DNA from: Candidatus Heimdallarchaeota archaeon
GTDB taxonomy: Archaea; Asgardarchaeota; Heimdallarchaeia; Heimdallarchaeales; Kariarchaeaceae
Direction of reading: 5' to 3'
Length of the DNA: 25,791 nt
Assembly: GCA_015523565.1 (NCBI GenBank)
Contig: WAKA01000161.1
Location: 1 to 25,791 of the forward strand
This document shows positions 8,446 to 17,406 of this stretch, piece by piece (positions within the stretch are counted from its first letter, which is position 1; the number at the start of each line of letters is the position of its first letter). The notes under the pieces are model-generated. The model did no database searches, was not told where the DNA came from, and was given only the letters and a program-made list of their open reading frames with translations. The position numbers were made by a program, and so were the translations under genes.

Positions 8446-9429
8446 TCAACTTTTTCTGTATGTCTGTTCTAACATTTCTCTAATTTTTGTTGCTATCGGC
8501 TTTGCCTCTTCAAGTCCATCATCATAAGCTTCTTCAAGCCATTTCAACGCCATGAATGGGGAATCTTCCATTAGATATAGGCCTAAATTGTATTTTGCTT
8601 CGCTTATTCCCTCTTCTGCTGCTTCTTCCAATAATTTCATCCCTCTTTCAAAATTTCCACTTTCTATGTGAATTACCCCTAAGTTGACTTTTACTTCAAC
8701 TAATCCCAATTTTAATGCCTCTTCAAGCAATTCAATTGCTTTCTCATTATTCCCTTTTGAAAAATGGTATAGGGCTAAATCAGAAAATGATTCTGGATCC
8801 CCCATATTTTTTGCCTTTTCCAGACAACGAAGCTGCCGTTTCTCATCCCTAAGCTCCCCAAACAGTAAAATCAATTCCTTAATTTCCCCAATTGTCAAAC
8901 TCCTCAATTGGATTTCTAACACCTTGTCCAATTCTTCATCTAAATCAAGGTTTTCCAATGCCTTTATGTATCGTTTTGTAGCTGTGAAATCTCCCTGTTT
9001 TGATGCTCTTGAATACCATGTAACTGCTTTTCTTAAATCCCCCTTTTCTTCAATCAGTTCTCCTAAAATGGTCAAAGATTCATTAATTAAGTTCCTGTCA
9101 CTGCTCATCTCAATTGATTGTTTCAAATACCTTTCTGCCTTCTCATAATCCCCCTTTTTAAAATAGTAGTTTCCTGCAATCTGCATTGAAAAATCTGTGT
9201 TGGCATTTATGGCTTGCTCAATCAATGCCGCAGCATCATTCAATCTCCCCTGATTTACATACAAATCGCATAAATGCAATATTGCATCCTTGTGACCATA
9301 TTTGGATGCTTTAGTTAGCCATTCAATTGCTGGTTCAAAAAATCTCTGTTCTTGGAATGACTTGCCCACCTCAAACATGGCGTCAGGATTCCCTTTCTGT
9401 GCCTCATTATATCTTTGTGCACTAACCAT
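8446..9429 (-). CDS. Sel1-like/TPR repeat protein
   Basis: Repeats such as AQKGNPDAMFEVG, AIEWLTKASKYGHKDA, KAVTWYSRASKQG and EAKYNLG. Confidence 0.85.
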   Translation of the reverse strand: MVSAQRYNEAQKGNPDAMFEVGKSFQEQRFFEPAIEWLTKASKYGHKDAILHLCDLYVNQGRLNDAAALIEQAINANTDFSMQIAGNYYFKKGDYEKAERYLKQSIEMSSDRNLINESLTILGELIEEKGDLRKAVTWYSRASKQGDFTATKRYIKALENLDLDEELDKVLEIQLRSLTIGEIKELILLFGELRDEKRQLRCLEKAKNMGDPESFSDLALYHFSKGNNEKAIELLEEALKLGLVEVKVNLGVIHIESGNFERGMKLLEEAAEEGISEAKYNLGLYLMEDSPFMALKWLEEAYDDGLEEAKPIATKIREMLEQTYRKS

Positions 9430-9475
9430 TTCTCATTCATTATTTGTTTTCATCCATCAAAACTTTTTATATAGG

Positions 9476-11416
9476 TTATAATTTCTTAATTGTAGGATTT
9501 AAATCATCAACCCCAGAATATTCAACCTTGACAATCCCTGCTTTTTCCAATTCTGAAATCGCCTCAAGTGCTTTGTAAGGGGCTACTCCTGCACTCATTG
9601 CCAATGTTCGCAACTTAATCTCGTTTTCCGTTTCCAATATTTCCTCTACACTAGAGGCTAACTTCACTGCAACAGGAGATGATAATTGTTGAATTGGTCT
9701 TGGTTTTATTTTGTGCACTGTCTTTTCCTTCTCTCTTCCTTCCCTGCTCTCTGATATTATTTCACCTAACTCCATGTTCTTCCTTTCCAATTCCACAATT
9801 TGTAATTTTAGTGCTTCAATGCGATCCAGTGCCTCACCTAGACTCAAAACTGCTTGATCCCTCTCTTTTTCCAGATCACGAATTATTGATGTTAGTGTCT
9901 CAATTCTTCCTTCTTGATTCTTAAGCATGAGATCTTTGCTTTCCACTCTTTTTTCAAGGGTCTCTCTTCTTTCCTCAAGCCTCTTGATTTTCTCCTTAAG
10001 CTTATTTACTGCATCCAACTTCTGTGCTAAATCTTCCCTTGAACTTAACTGTTTCATTCTTTCCATTTCATGTTTGAGGCTCTTTACCTGATTTTGATGT
10101 TCCTGTAATTGCTTTTGCAACTCTTCAATCTGTTTTTCTTTCTCCAAAAGTTGCTGTCTTTGTTTTTCTAGTTTATTCTCAAAATAACTAAGCTCCTCAC
10201 GTTGACCCAATATTAATTCATCAATGTCTTTTTTATGTTCCATTTCGATTTTATCAAATTTTTGCCTATATTCTTCAATTTCCCTCTCTTTCTCTTTAAG
10301 TTGTGCTTTGTATGTGCTTCGCTCCTTCTCTGCTTCTTCCAATTTCCTCTCAAGCTGTACAAGGTTTTCTTTGAGATGATGTATCTCTTCTTCTTTTTCC
10401 TTTAATTTTGTTTCCAGGATTTCAATTTCATTTGTTCTATCAACTGCATTTAGTTGTTGCACCAAATTTTCAATCTCACTTTCTTTGACCGCTAACTTTT
10501 CCTCCAATTCTTTCAATCTTGTTTCCTTATTCTCTCCTCTTTCTGTCCATCCTTGTGTCGTGGAATTCAACTCAAACTCCAAACTAAATATTTTCTGCTC
10601 TAACTGTATTCTCTCGCGATTTAATTCTTCAATCTCCCTATTGAGACGTGAAATGATTTTTGCAGATCTTATCAATTCATTTTTTAATCGAACCCTGTCA
10701 TCTAGTTCTTTTTTCTTTTGAACATAGATGAATGCCATGTCTTGGTCTCCCTTATGTTGATGGATTTCTTCCAATGAACTATAAACTCCTGCCATTCCCT
10801 CATAATAGTCTAACTGCTCAAAAATATGAAGGGCTTGTGTTAAGTATTCTATTGCCAAATCCATTTTTCCAAGGAGACGATATGTTGTCCCTAATTGATA
10901 TGCGGTCAATCCCAAATTTCTCCGCAAATTCAATTGCTTGCAAACTCCATAGTAATGTTCGAATTCTTTAACTGCACTCTCCAATTCTCCTTTTCTCGAA
11001 TGCAAGATCCCCTTCTCATAATGCAAAAATCCAATTTCTTCTGCCAGTTGGTTTTTTTGCCGATCCAACAATTTCTCATATTCCTTTTCAAATGTATCTA
11101 TCAGCAAATATGCCATGTCAAAATTCCCTTGAAGTATTTCTAAGCCAATTTGAAGCGTATAGGCTTTCAATAGATGCACTTTCTTGTCTTTGGCTTTGCA
11201 CAACATAACTACATTGTCGACGGTTTTTTTTGCCTCTTCAATCTCGCCCAATTCTATCGCTAATTTCCCCTTTAAAATGTCCAACTCTAACTTCTCTTCC
11301 AAACTCAGGTCTTGTCCAGAAAATTTCTCCAATTCAGTCAATGCATCCATGAATTTGCCAGAGTTTATGTACAACTTGATCTGATGAATAAAACCTTCGA
11401 AACTCACAACTCTCAA
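9476..11416 (-). CDS. TPR + long coiled-coil + C-terminal winged-helix protein
   Basis: N-terminal ~240 aa of TPRs (YQLGTTYRLLGKMDLAIEYLTQAL), then ~320 aa of E/K/Q/L heptads, then a C-terminal wH-like segment (IKLRTLAMSAGV...ALEAISELEKAGIVKV). Start codon (TTG or nearby GTG) is uncertain. Confidence 0.75.
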   Translation of the reverse strand: MRVVSFEGFIHQIKLYINSGKFMDALTELEKFSGQDLSLEEKLELDILKGKLAIELGEIEEAKKTVDNVVMLCKAKDKKVHLLKAYTLQIGLEILQGNFDMAYLLIDTFEKEYEKLLDRQKNQLAEEIGFLHYEKGILHSRKGELESAVKEFEHYYGVCKQLNLRRNLGLTAYQLGTTYRLLGKMDLAIEYLTQALHIFEQLDYYEGMAGVYSSLEEIHQHKGDQDMAFIYVQKKKELDDRVRLKNELIRSAKIISRLNREIEELNRERIQLEQKIFSLEFELNSTTQGWTERGENKETRLKELEEKLAVKESEIENLVQQLNAVDRTNEIEILETKLKEKEEEIHHLKENLVQLERKLEEAEKERSTYKAQLKEKEREIEEYRQKFDKIEMEHKKDIDELILGQREELSYFENKLEKQRQQLLEKEKQIEELQKQLQEHQNQVKSLKHEMERMKQLSSREDLAQKLDAVNKLKEKIKRLEERRETLEKRVESKDLMLKNQEGRIETLTSIIRDLEKERDQAVLSLGEALDRIEALKLQIVELERKNMELGEIISESREGREKEKTVHKIKPRPIQQLSSPVAVKLASSVEEILETENEIKLRTLAMSAGVAPYKALEAISELEKAGIVKVEYSGVDDLNPTIKKL

Positions 11417-11597
11417 TAATCTCTTTGTTATACTTGCTCTAAAATTTTCTCCATTCCCTGTGAATTTTGTTCTTATAATTCCATCCCCTCTTTCCCAAAC
11501 TCTCTCATCTATGAAGTGAAAAAAAGATGTTTGGTTCTGTCATGATGCATCATCCCAAAATATTTTGTTTCCTCCCTCTTTTGTTCCTTTAATTACT

Positions 11598-11611
11598 TTC
11601 ATATAAATATA
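11598..11611 (+). promoter_or_regulatory. TATA-like box of rpoB
   Basis: ttcatataaatata just upstream of the tandem ATGs at 11625/11628 with no SD; consistent with a leaderless transcript. Confidence 0.5.
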
Positions 11612-11624
11612 CGTTCAAGAAAAT

Positions 11625-14600
11625 ATGATGAGTGATCGATCAACTTTTTCCCCCTCATCAGAAGATGAGATTGACCCTTATATGGACGAAAACTATGACT
11701 TGACGCCCGATGATAAATGGGTCATCTTGAATGCAATGTTCCGGGAATTGGGTTTGGTTCGGCAACACTTGGATTCTTATAACTCCTTCATCAATCATGG
11801 ACTTAAGCAGGTCGTCTCTGAAGAAGCAGAAATTAGACCTGAAGATAAAAATGGCATGTACGTCATCCTTGATGAAATCTCTGTAGGTGAACCTGAAATT
11901 AAAGAGGCAAATGGCTCACGAAGTGAAATCTGGCCCATGGAAGCAAGAATTCGAAATTTGACCTATGCTGCTCCGATATACTTGACAATGACGGCTGTTT
12001 ATCCCGACGCTGTTCAAGGTGAAACAAGAAAAACCCCTAAAGAAAAAGTGTTCATTGGACATCTCCCCATTATGCTTAACTCCATTAAATGCAGACTTTA
12101 CAAGGCTGACGATGAAACAAAGATAAAACACGGTGAAGACCCTCTTGACGAAGGAGGGTATTTTATTGTAAATGGATCTGAAAGAGTATTGGTTACACAA
12201 GAGGATCTCGCACCAAACAGGATACTTGTCGAAAAATTGGAAAACAAGACTGCAACATCCCTTGCTAAAGTGTTTTCCACAATGAAGGGATTTAGGGCAC
12301 CTGTCACCCTTGAAAGAGCAAGGGACGGAAATCTCCGTGTCTCATTCCCTAGCGTCGCCAGAAAAATATCATTGATTGTCTTACTAAGGGCCTTGGGAAT
12401 GGAAAAAGACGGTGAGATCGCACGTCGAATCGGTTCCACCCCTAAAGTTCGTGCAAAACTGCTCCCCATCCTCCAAGCAGAAGAAGTGAGAAAAGAAGAA
12501 GAGGCCCTTGACTTTATCGGAAAACGTGTCGCCGTCGGTCAGACCAAGGAATACAGAATGAGTCGAACACAACAGGTACTTGATAGGTATTTATTGCCAC
12601 ACTTGGGAAATGAAAAATCTGATCGAAAAAAGAAAGCCATCTTCCTCTGTCAAATGGCTCAAAAGGTTCTAGAAATGGAAACTGGTGAACGAACTCCTGA
12701 TGACAAGGACCATTATGCAAACAAAAGACTCAACCTTGCAGGAGACTTGCTCCTTCTCCTCTTTAGAAATGCATTCCGAAGTCTTATCCGTGATATCAAA
12801 TATCAACTTGAAAGAAACTTCAACAGAAACCGTGGGTCTGTCCTAAAAACTGCTGTAAGGGCAGATGTCATTTCTGAAAGACTTAGGCATGCTTTGGCCA
12901 CTGGGAACTGGGTCGGCGGAAAAGCTGGCGTTTCACAACTTTTGGATAGAACTAATTATATGTCCTCTCTTAGCCACTTGCGGCGTGTCGTTTCTCCTTT
13001 GGGAAGGTCTCAACCACATTTCGAAGCCAGAGACCTCCATCCAACTCATTGGGGTAAGATCTGCCCCTCAGAAACCCCTGAAGGGCCAAACTGTGGACTT
13101 GTAAAAAACTTGGCATTACAGGCTTACATCTCAACAGAAGGTGATGAGGATCACGTCCGACAAGAAACCTATGAATTGGGGGTAGATCCTGAAGGAAATG
13201 AAAGTGATCCCAATCTCACAAAAGTTTACCTCAATGGTGCTTTTATTGGAACCCATCCAAATGGTGAGCATTTGGTCTATAAAATTAGGCAAGGAAGAAG
13301 AAACAGGATTTTTGATCCAGGTGTAAATGTTGCATATTACCCTGAAACCAAGGAAATCCAAATCAACTCTGACAGGGGTAGAGTCAGACGACCTCTCATA
13401 ATTGTCAAGGAGGGCCGTCCACTCTTAACGAAATATCACGTTGAAAAGGTCATTTCTGGAGAGTTGCAATGGAGAGACCTTACAAGGCAAGGTATCATTG
13501 AATATCTTGACACCGAAGAAGAGGAAAACTGCTATATTGCTTTAACATATGACGACATAACCAAAGAACATACCCATGTGGAAATTTCTCCTGCGGCAAT
13601 CCTTGGCATTTGTGCTTCACTTATTCCATTCCCTGAACATAACAGGTCCGACAGAAATGTTTACGAGGCAGGTATGGCTAAGCAATCTCTCGGTATCTAT
13701 GCCGCAAATTTCAGGCTCAGAATGGATACTCGTGCCCACATCCTCCATTACCCACAAGTCCCAATTGTCAAAACCCACGGAATTGATGCCATCAGATTCA
13801 ATCTAAGACCTGCTGGACAAAACTTTGTAGTTGCAGTACTCTCGTATGGTGGCTATAATATGGAAGATGGTCTGATCATGAGCAAAGGGGCAATCGACAG
13901 GGGATTGGGACGATCAACCTTCTTCAGGGCGTATGTCAGCGAAGAAAGACGATATCCTGGTGGACAGGAAGACCGTTTCTGCATCCCTGACGATAGTGTC
14001 CGTGGTTATAAAGACCCTGAGGTCTATAGGCATCTCGCTGAAGATGGTATTGTTGAACCTGAAACATTCATCGACGGAAAGAAAGGGGAAGTTATTATTG
14101 GTCGAACCAGCCCTCCGCGTTTTATTGAAGAACAGCAGGACTTCGACTTTGGAAATGAACAAAGAAGAGAAACAAGCCAAGCAATGAGATTCGGTGAATC
14201 TGGAATCGTCGACTCTGTGATTCTGACCGAAACTCAAGAAGGGCATAAACTCGTGAAAGTCAGAATGAGATCCCTTAGAATTCCTGAATTGGGCGATAAA
14301 TTCGCCAGCCGACATGGACAGAAAGGTGTACTTGGAAATTTGATCAACCCCGCTGATATGCCATTTACTGAAAACGGTCTTGTCCCCGACCTTATCATTA
14401 ATCCACATGCCATCCCCTCACGGATGACTATCGGTCAGCTTATTGAACTGCTTGCAGGAAAACTTGCATCTGTCACTGGCAGATTTATCACCGCAACTCC
14501 TTTCGAAGGTGAAAAGGTGGATGATATCACTGAAGCCCTCCATGCCGCAGGATACCAACGATACGGTCGTGAAAGAATGTATGACGGAAGGACGGGCGAA

Positions 14601-15029
14601 ATGCTGGATACCGACGTGTTTATTGGCATTGCATTTTACCAAAAACTCCATCACCTTGTCAATGACAAAATCCATGCACGGGCAAGAGGTCCTGTTCAAA
14701 TCCTCACTCGACAACCAACTGAAGGACGATCCAGAGAGGGTGGACTCAAATTCGGTGAAATGGAAAGAGATTGCCTTATCGGTCATGGAACCGCCCTTGT
14801 CCTTAAAGAAAGACTTCTTGACGAATCTGATAAGTCTGAAGCCTTATTCTGTGAACAATGTGGTTTCCTTGCATATTACAACCGAAAATTAGACAAGATG
14901 CAATGCCCTCTATGCAGGGACGAGGTGAATGTCAGCAGGATTGTTGTGTCCTATGCGTTTAAACTTCTCTTGCAAGAACTGATGTCAATGGGGATTGCAC
15001 CGCGTATTAGACTTAAGGAAAAAACATAA
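11625..15029 (+). CDS. rpoB: DNA-directed RNA polymerase subunit B (Rpo2), unsplit
   Basis: GLVRQHLDSYN, GGYFIVNGSERV, ETPEGPNCGLVKNL, GDKFASRHGQKG, GGLKFGEMERD, and C-terminal zinc ligands CEQC/CPLC. Confidence 0.98.
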   Translation: MMSDRSTFSPSSEDEIDPYMDENYDLTPDDKWVILNAMFRELGLVRQHLDSYNSFINHGLKQVVSEEAEIRPEDKNGMYVILDEISVGEPEIKEANGSRSEIWPMEARIRNLTYAAPIYLTMTAVYPDAVQGETRKTPKEKVFIGHLPIMLNSIKCRLYKADDETKIKHGEDPLDEGGYFIVNGSERVLVTQEDLAPNRILVEKLENKTATSLAKVFSTMKGFRAPVTLERARDGNLRVSFPSVARKISLIVLLRALGMEKDGEIARRIGSTPKVRAKLLPILQAEEVRKEEEALDFIGKRVAVGQTKEYRMSRTQQVLDRYLLPHLGNEKSDRKKKAIFLCQMAQKVLEMETGERTPDDKDHYANKRLNLAGDLLLLLFRNAFRSLIRDIKYQLERNFNRNRGSVLKTAVRADVISERLRHALATGNWVGGKAGVSQLLDRTNYMSSLSHLRRVVSPLGRSQPHFEARDLHPTHWGKICPSETPEGPNCGLVKNLALQAYISTEGDEDHVRQETYELGVDPEGNESDPNLTKVYLNGAFIGTHPNGEHLVYKIRQGRRNRIFDPGVNVAYYPETKEIQINSDRGRVRRPLIIVKEGRPLLTKYHVEKVISGELQWRDLTRQGIIEYLDTEEEENCYIALTYDDITKEHTHVEISPAAILGICASLIPFPEHNRSDRNVYEAGMAKQSLGIYAANFRLRMDTRAHILHYPQVPIVKTHGIDAIRFNLRPAGQNFVVAVLSYGGYNMEDGLIMSKGAIDRGLGRSTFFRAYVSEERRYPGGQEDRFCIPDDSVRGYKDPEVYRHLAEDGIVEPETFIDGKKGEVIIGRTSPPRFIEEQQDFDFGNEQRRETSQAMRFGESGIVDSVILTETQEGHKLVKVRMRSLRIPELGDKFASRHGQKGVLGNLINPADMPFTENGLVPDLIINPHAIPSRMTIGQLIELLAGKLASVTGRFITATPFEGEKVDDITEALHAAGYQRYGRERMYDGRTGEMLDTDVFIGIAFYQKLHHLVNDKIHARARGPVQILTRQPTEGRSREGGLKFGEMERDCLIGHGTALVLKERLLDESDKSEALFCEQCGFLAYYNRKLDKMQCPLCRDEVNVSRIVVSYAFKLLLQELMSMGIAPRIRLKEKT

Positions 15030-15057
15030 AATCATATCATCCGTTCTTTTATTTGTA

Positions 15058-15600
15058 GTGACTAAAAACTGGAAATTTAAACTCCAACAACTTGACGAAG
15101 CTCAACTGATCCAGTTTGCTTTGACCTCTCCCATATCAATATCCCGTTTCTACGCAATCGAAATGATAAATGACCAACAGGCTCTCTGCAAAATCGCAAT
15201 GAATGACTCCAATGCAGACAATAAAAAACTTGCTATCCGCAAATTACAATCTGATACACTATTGTTCAAGATCGCAAAAGAATCCCCGGATTGGTGGCTT
15301 AGAAAACTTGCAACCCAGAAAATATACAACCCTTCCCTCGTCACGAAAATCCTTGAAAATGAAAAAAACAAATATGTTCATCTTGAAGGACTTCCAAAAA
15401 TCAAAAGTCAACAACAACTTATCGATCTCTTCCTTATGGAACCCCATCATGAATGCAGATCCTTGATCCTCGAAAAACTCACTCTTGAATCACTCCTCAC
15501 GCTTAGACTCCTGGCAAAGGAAGAGCACCAACCCCTTATTGCAAAAACCATTAAAAAACTAAACCGCAGTCAATCGTTCACCTGTCTGGACTCTCCATAG
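15058..15600 (+). CDS. Short helical (HEAT/leucine-rich-variant-like) repeat protein
   Basis: About 24-aa repeats (RFYAIEMINDQQALCKIA, KKLAIRKLQSDTLLFKIA, RKLATQKIYNPSLVTKIL). GTG at 15058 is preferred over the TTG inside rpoB. Confidence 0.6.
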   Translation: MTKNWKFKLQQLDEAQLIQFALTSPISISRFYAIEMINDQQALCKIAMNDSNADNKKLAIRKLQSDTLLFKIAKESPDWWLRKLATQKIYNPSLVTKILENEKNKYVHLEGLPKIKSQQQLIDLFLMEPHHECRSLILEKLTLESLLTLRLLAKEEHQPLIAKTIKKLNRSQSFTCLDSP

Positions 15601-17406
15601 GGCGGCATATACTCCACCAAATGCCAACAACTCTGTATGTGTCCCACTTTCCACTATACGACCTTTTTCCAATACATGGATAATATCTGCATTTCTGATG
15701 GTTGAAAGCCTATGGGCAATCATCACTGTTGTCCTGCCAACAATGATACGTTCCAACGATCGCTGAATCGCCGCCTCTGTCTCATTATCTACAGATGACG
15801 TGGCCTCATCAAGAATAAGGATTGGGGGATTCTTCAATACCGCCCTGGCTATTGCAATACGTTGCCTTTGCCCTCCTGACAGTTTGTGCCCACGTTCTCC
15901 TACCAACGTCTCATATTTGTTTGGAAGACTCATCACAAAATCATGTATCTCTGCAACTTTTGCCGCTTCAATAATCTCCTCATCTGTTGCATCCAATTTC
16001 CCATACGCAATATTCTCCCTTACTGTTCCATCAACCAAAAACGTACTCTGGCTGACGTAACCAATGGCATTGCGCAAATCCTTCAATCGCAGTGTTGACA
16101 ATTCATTCCCATCAAGATATATATGCCCCCCTGTTGGATCATAAAACCTAAGCATCAGTTTTACAATCGTGGACTTTCCCGCTCCTGTTGAACCCACAAA
16201 GGCAACAGTCTCCCCCTGATTGACTGTAAAGTTCAATCCTCGCAATATGTTCGGTCGACTGGGATAATCAAAATCTACATTCTCGAAAATGATCTCCCCT
16301 TTCACATTTTCTTTCCTTAATTCCCTCTCCCCATCCTCCAATAATTTCGGACGATTGAGCAGGGAAAATATCCGATTGGTTGATGCCATCGATCGCTGAT
16401 AGAGATCAAATGTCTCCCCCAATCTTGTCAAGGGCCATAATAACCGTTGGATCAAAAAAATCGCAACACTATAGGCCGCAATCTCAATGTTCCCCTTGAT
16501 TGTCTCCACTCCCCCAATCACTAACATCCCTATAAATCCTGCAACAATGATTATTCGTATCAATGGTGAAAATGAAGAACTAAGTATTATCGCTCTCCTG
16601 TTGCTTAACTCATAGGCTTTTGACGCCTCTGCAATCCTTCTCGCCTCATAATCCTCCGTCCCAAAACTCTTAATGGTCATAATGCCAGAAAGATTGTTGG
16701 ACAACTCCGCATTTATTATCCCGACCTTTTCCCTTACATCCCTATAACGTTCTTCCAGCTTCTTCTGGTACTTGATCGAAAAAAACAAGATGATTGGCAT
16801 TGGAATTGTCGCAATCACCGCCAATGGAACGTTGATTCCATAAAACATTGCTGTAATGGCCACTGCTGTTGTGGTCACCTGTATCAAATCATTGGCTCCC
16901 ACATCCAGAAAACGCTCCAATTGGTTCACATCGTTGTTTATCACTGCCATCAACGAACCCGTGTTGTTTTCCTCGAAAAATGCCAACTCCAAGTCTTGGA
17001 CATGCCTGTATGTGTCCAACCTCAATTCATTCTGGATCGCCTGCGCTAAATTCCTCCACTTCACCTTGTACGCAAATTCAAAAATGGACTCAAACCCCCA
17101 AATAATGAACGTGAGCACTGCCAACACAATCAACTGCCTTGTAAGCCCCAAAATTCCAAAATCCCCTATGATTGAATTCTCCCGTCTCACTACTATGTCA
17201 ACTGCAATTCCAATCAGCAATGGTGGCGCCAAATCAAACAGCTTGTTCAAGACTGAATACAATGAGGCAAGAAAAAAATCCAAACGATATTGCTCTCCAT
17301 ACCTGAAAAGTTTAATCAAGGGATGTGTGTCCTTCACACCTCCTCTCTTGTCTCCCGCTTTGAAAGCTTTGGCAATTAACCTAACTTCATTTCCCCTTTT
17401 TTTCAC
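15559..17406 (-). CDS. ABC exporter, fused permease + ATPase (MdlB/MsbA-like)
   Basis: N-terminal TMD. Walker A GSTGAGKST, signature LSGGQ, Walker B ILILDEATS, H-loop IAHRLSTI. Confidence 0.95.
   Translation of the reverse strand: MKKRGNEVRLIAKAFKAGDKRGGVKDTHPLIKLFRYGEQYRLDFFLASLYSVLNKLFDLAPPLLIGIAVDIVVRRENSIIGDFGILGLTRQLIVLAVLTFIIWGFESIFEFAYKVKWRNLAQAIQNELRLDTYRHVQDLELAFFEENNTGSLMAVINNDVNQLERFLDVGANDLIQVTTTAVAITAMFYGINVPLAVIATIPMPIILFFSIKYQKKLEERYRDVREKVGIINAELSNNLSGIMTIKSFGTEDYEARRIAEASKAYELSNRRAIILSSSFSPLIRIIIVAGFIGMLVIGGVETIKGNIEIAAYSVAIFLIQRLLWPLTRLGETFDLYQRSMASTNRIFSLLNRPKLLEDGERELRKENVKGEIIFENVDFDYPSRPNILRGLNFTVNQGETVAFVGSTGAGKSTIVKLMLRFYDPTGGHIYLDGNELSTLRLKDLRNAIGYVSQSTFLVDGTVRENIAYGKLDATDEEIIEAAKVAEIHDFVMSLPNKYETLVGERGHKLSGGQRQRIAIARAVLKNPPILILDEATSSVDNETEAAIQRSLERIIVGRTTVMIAHRLSTIRNADIIHVLEKGRIVESGTHTELLAFGGVYAALWRVQTGERLTAV

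Noticed and set aside
9476-11416. SMC/Rad50 annotation for the coiled-coil protein
   Set aside because: No Walker A/B, ABC signature, hinge or zinc hook.
11916-14892. Alternative-frame and antisense ORFs within rpoB (and similar ones in other long genes)
   Set aside because: Shadow ORFs of well-supported genes with no recognisable motifs.
14995-15057. N-terminal extension of the repeat protein from TTG 14995
   Set aside because: It overlaps the rpoB 3' end and the promoter-like gap; GTG 15058 is more plausible.
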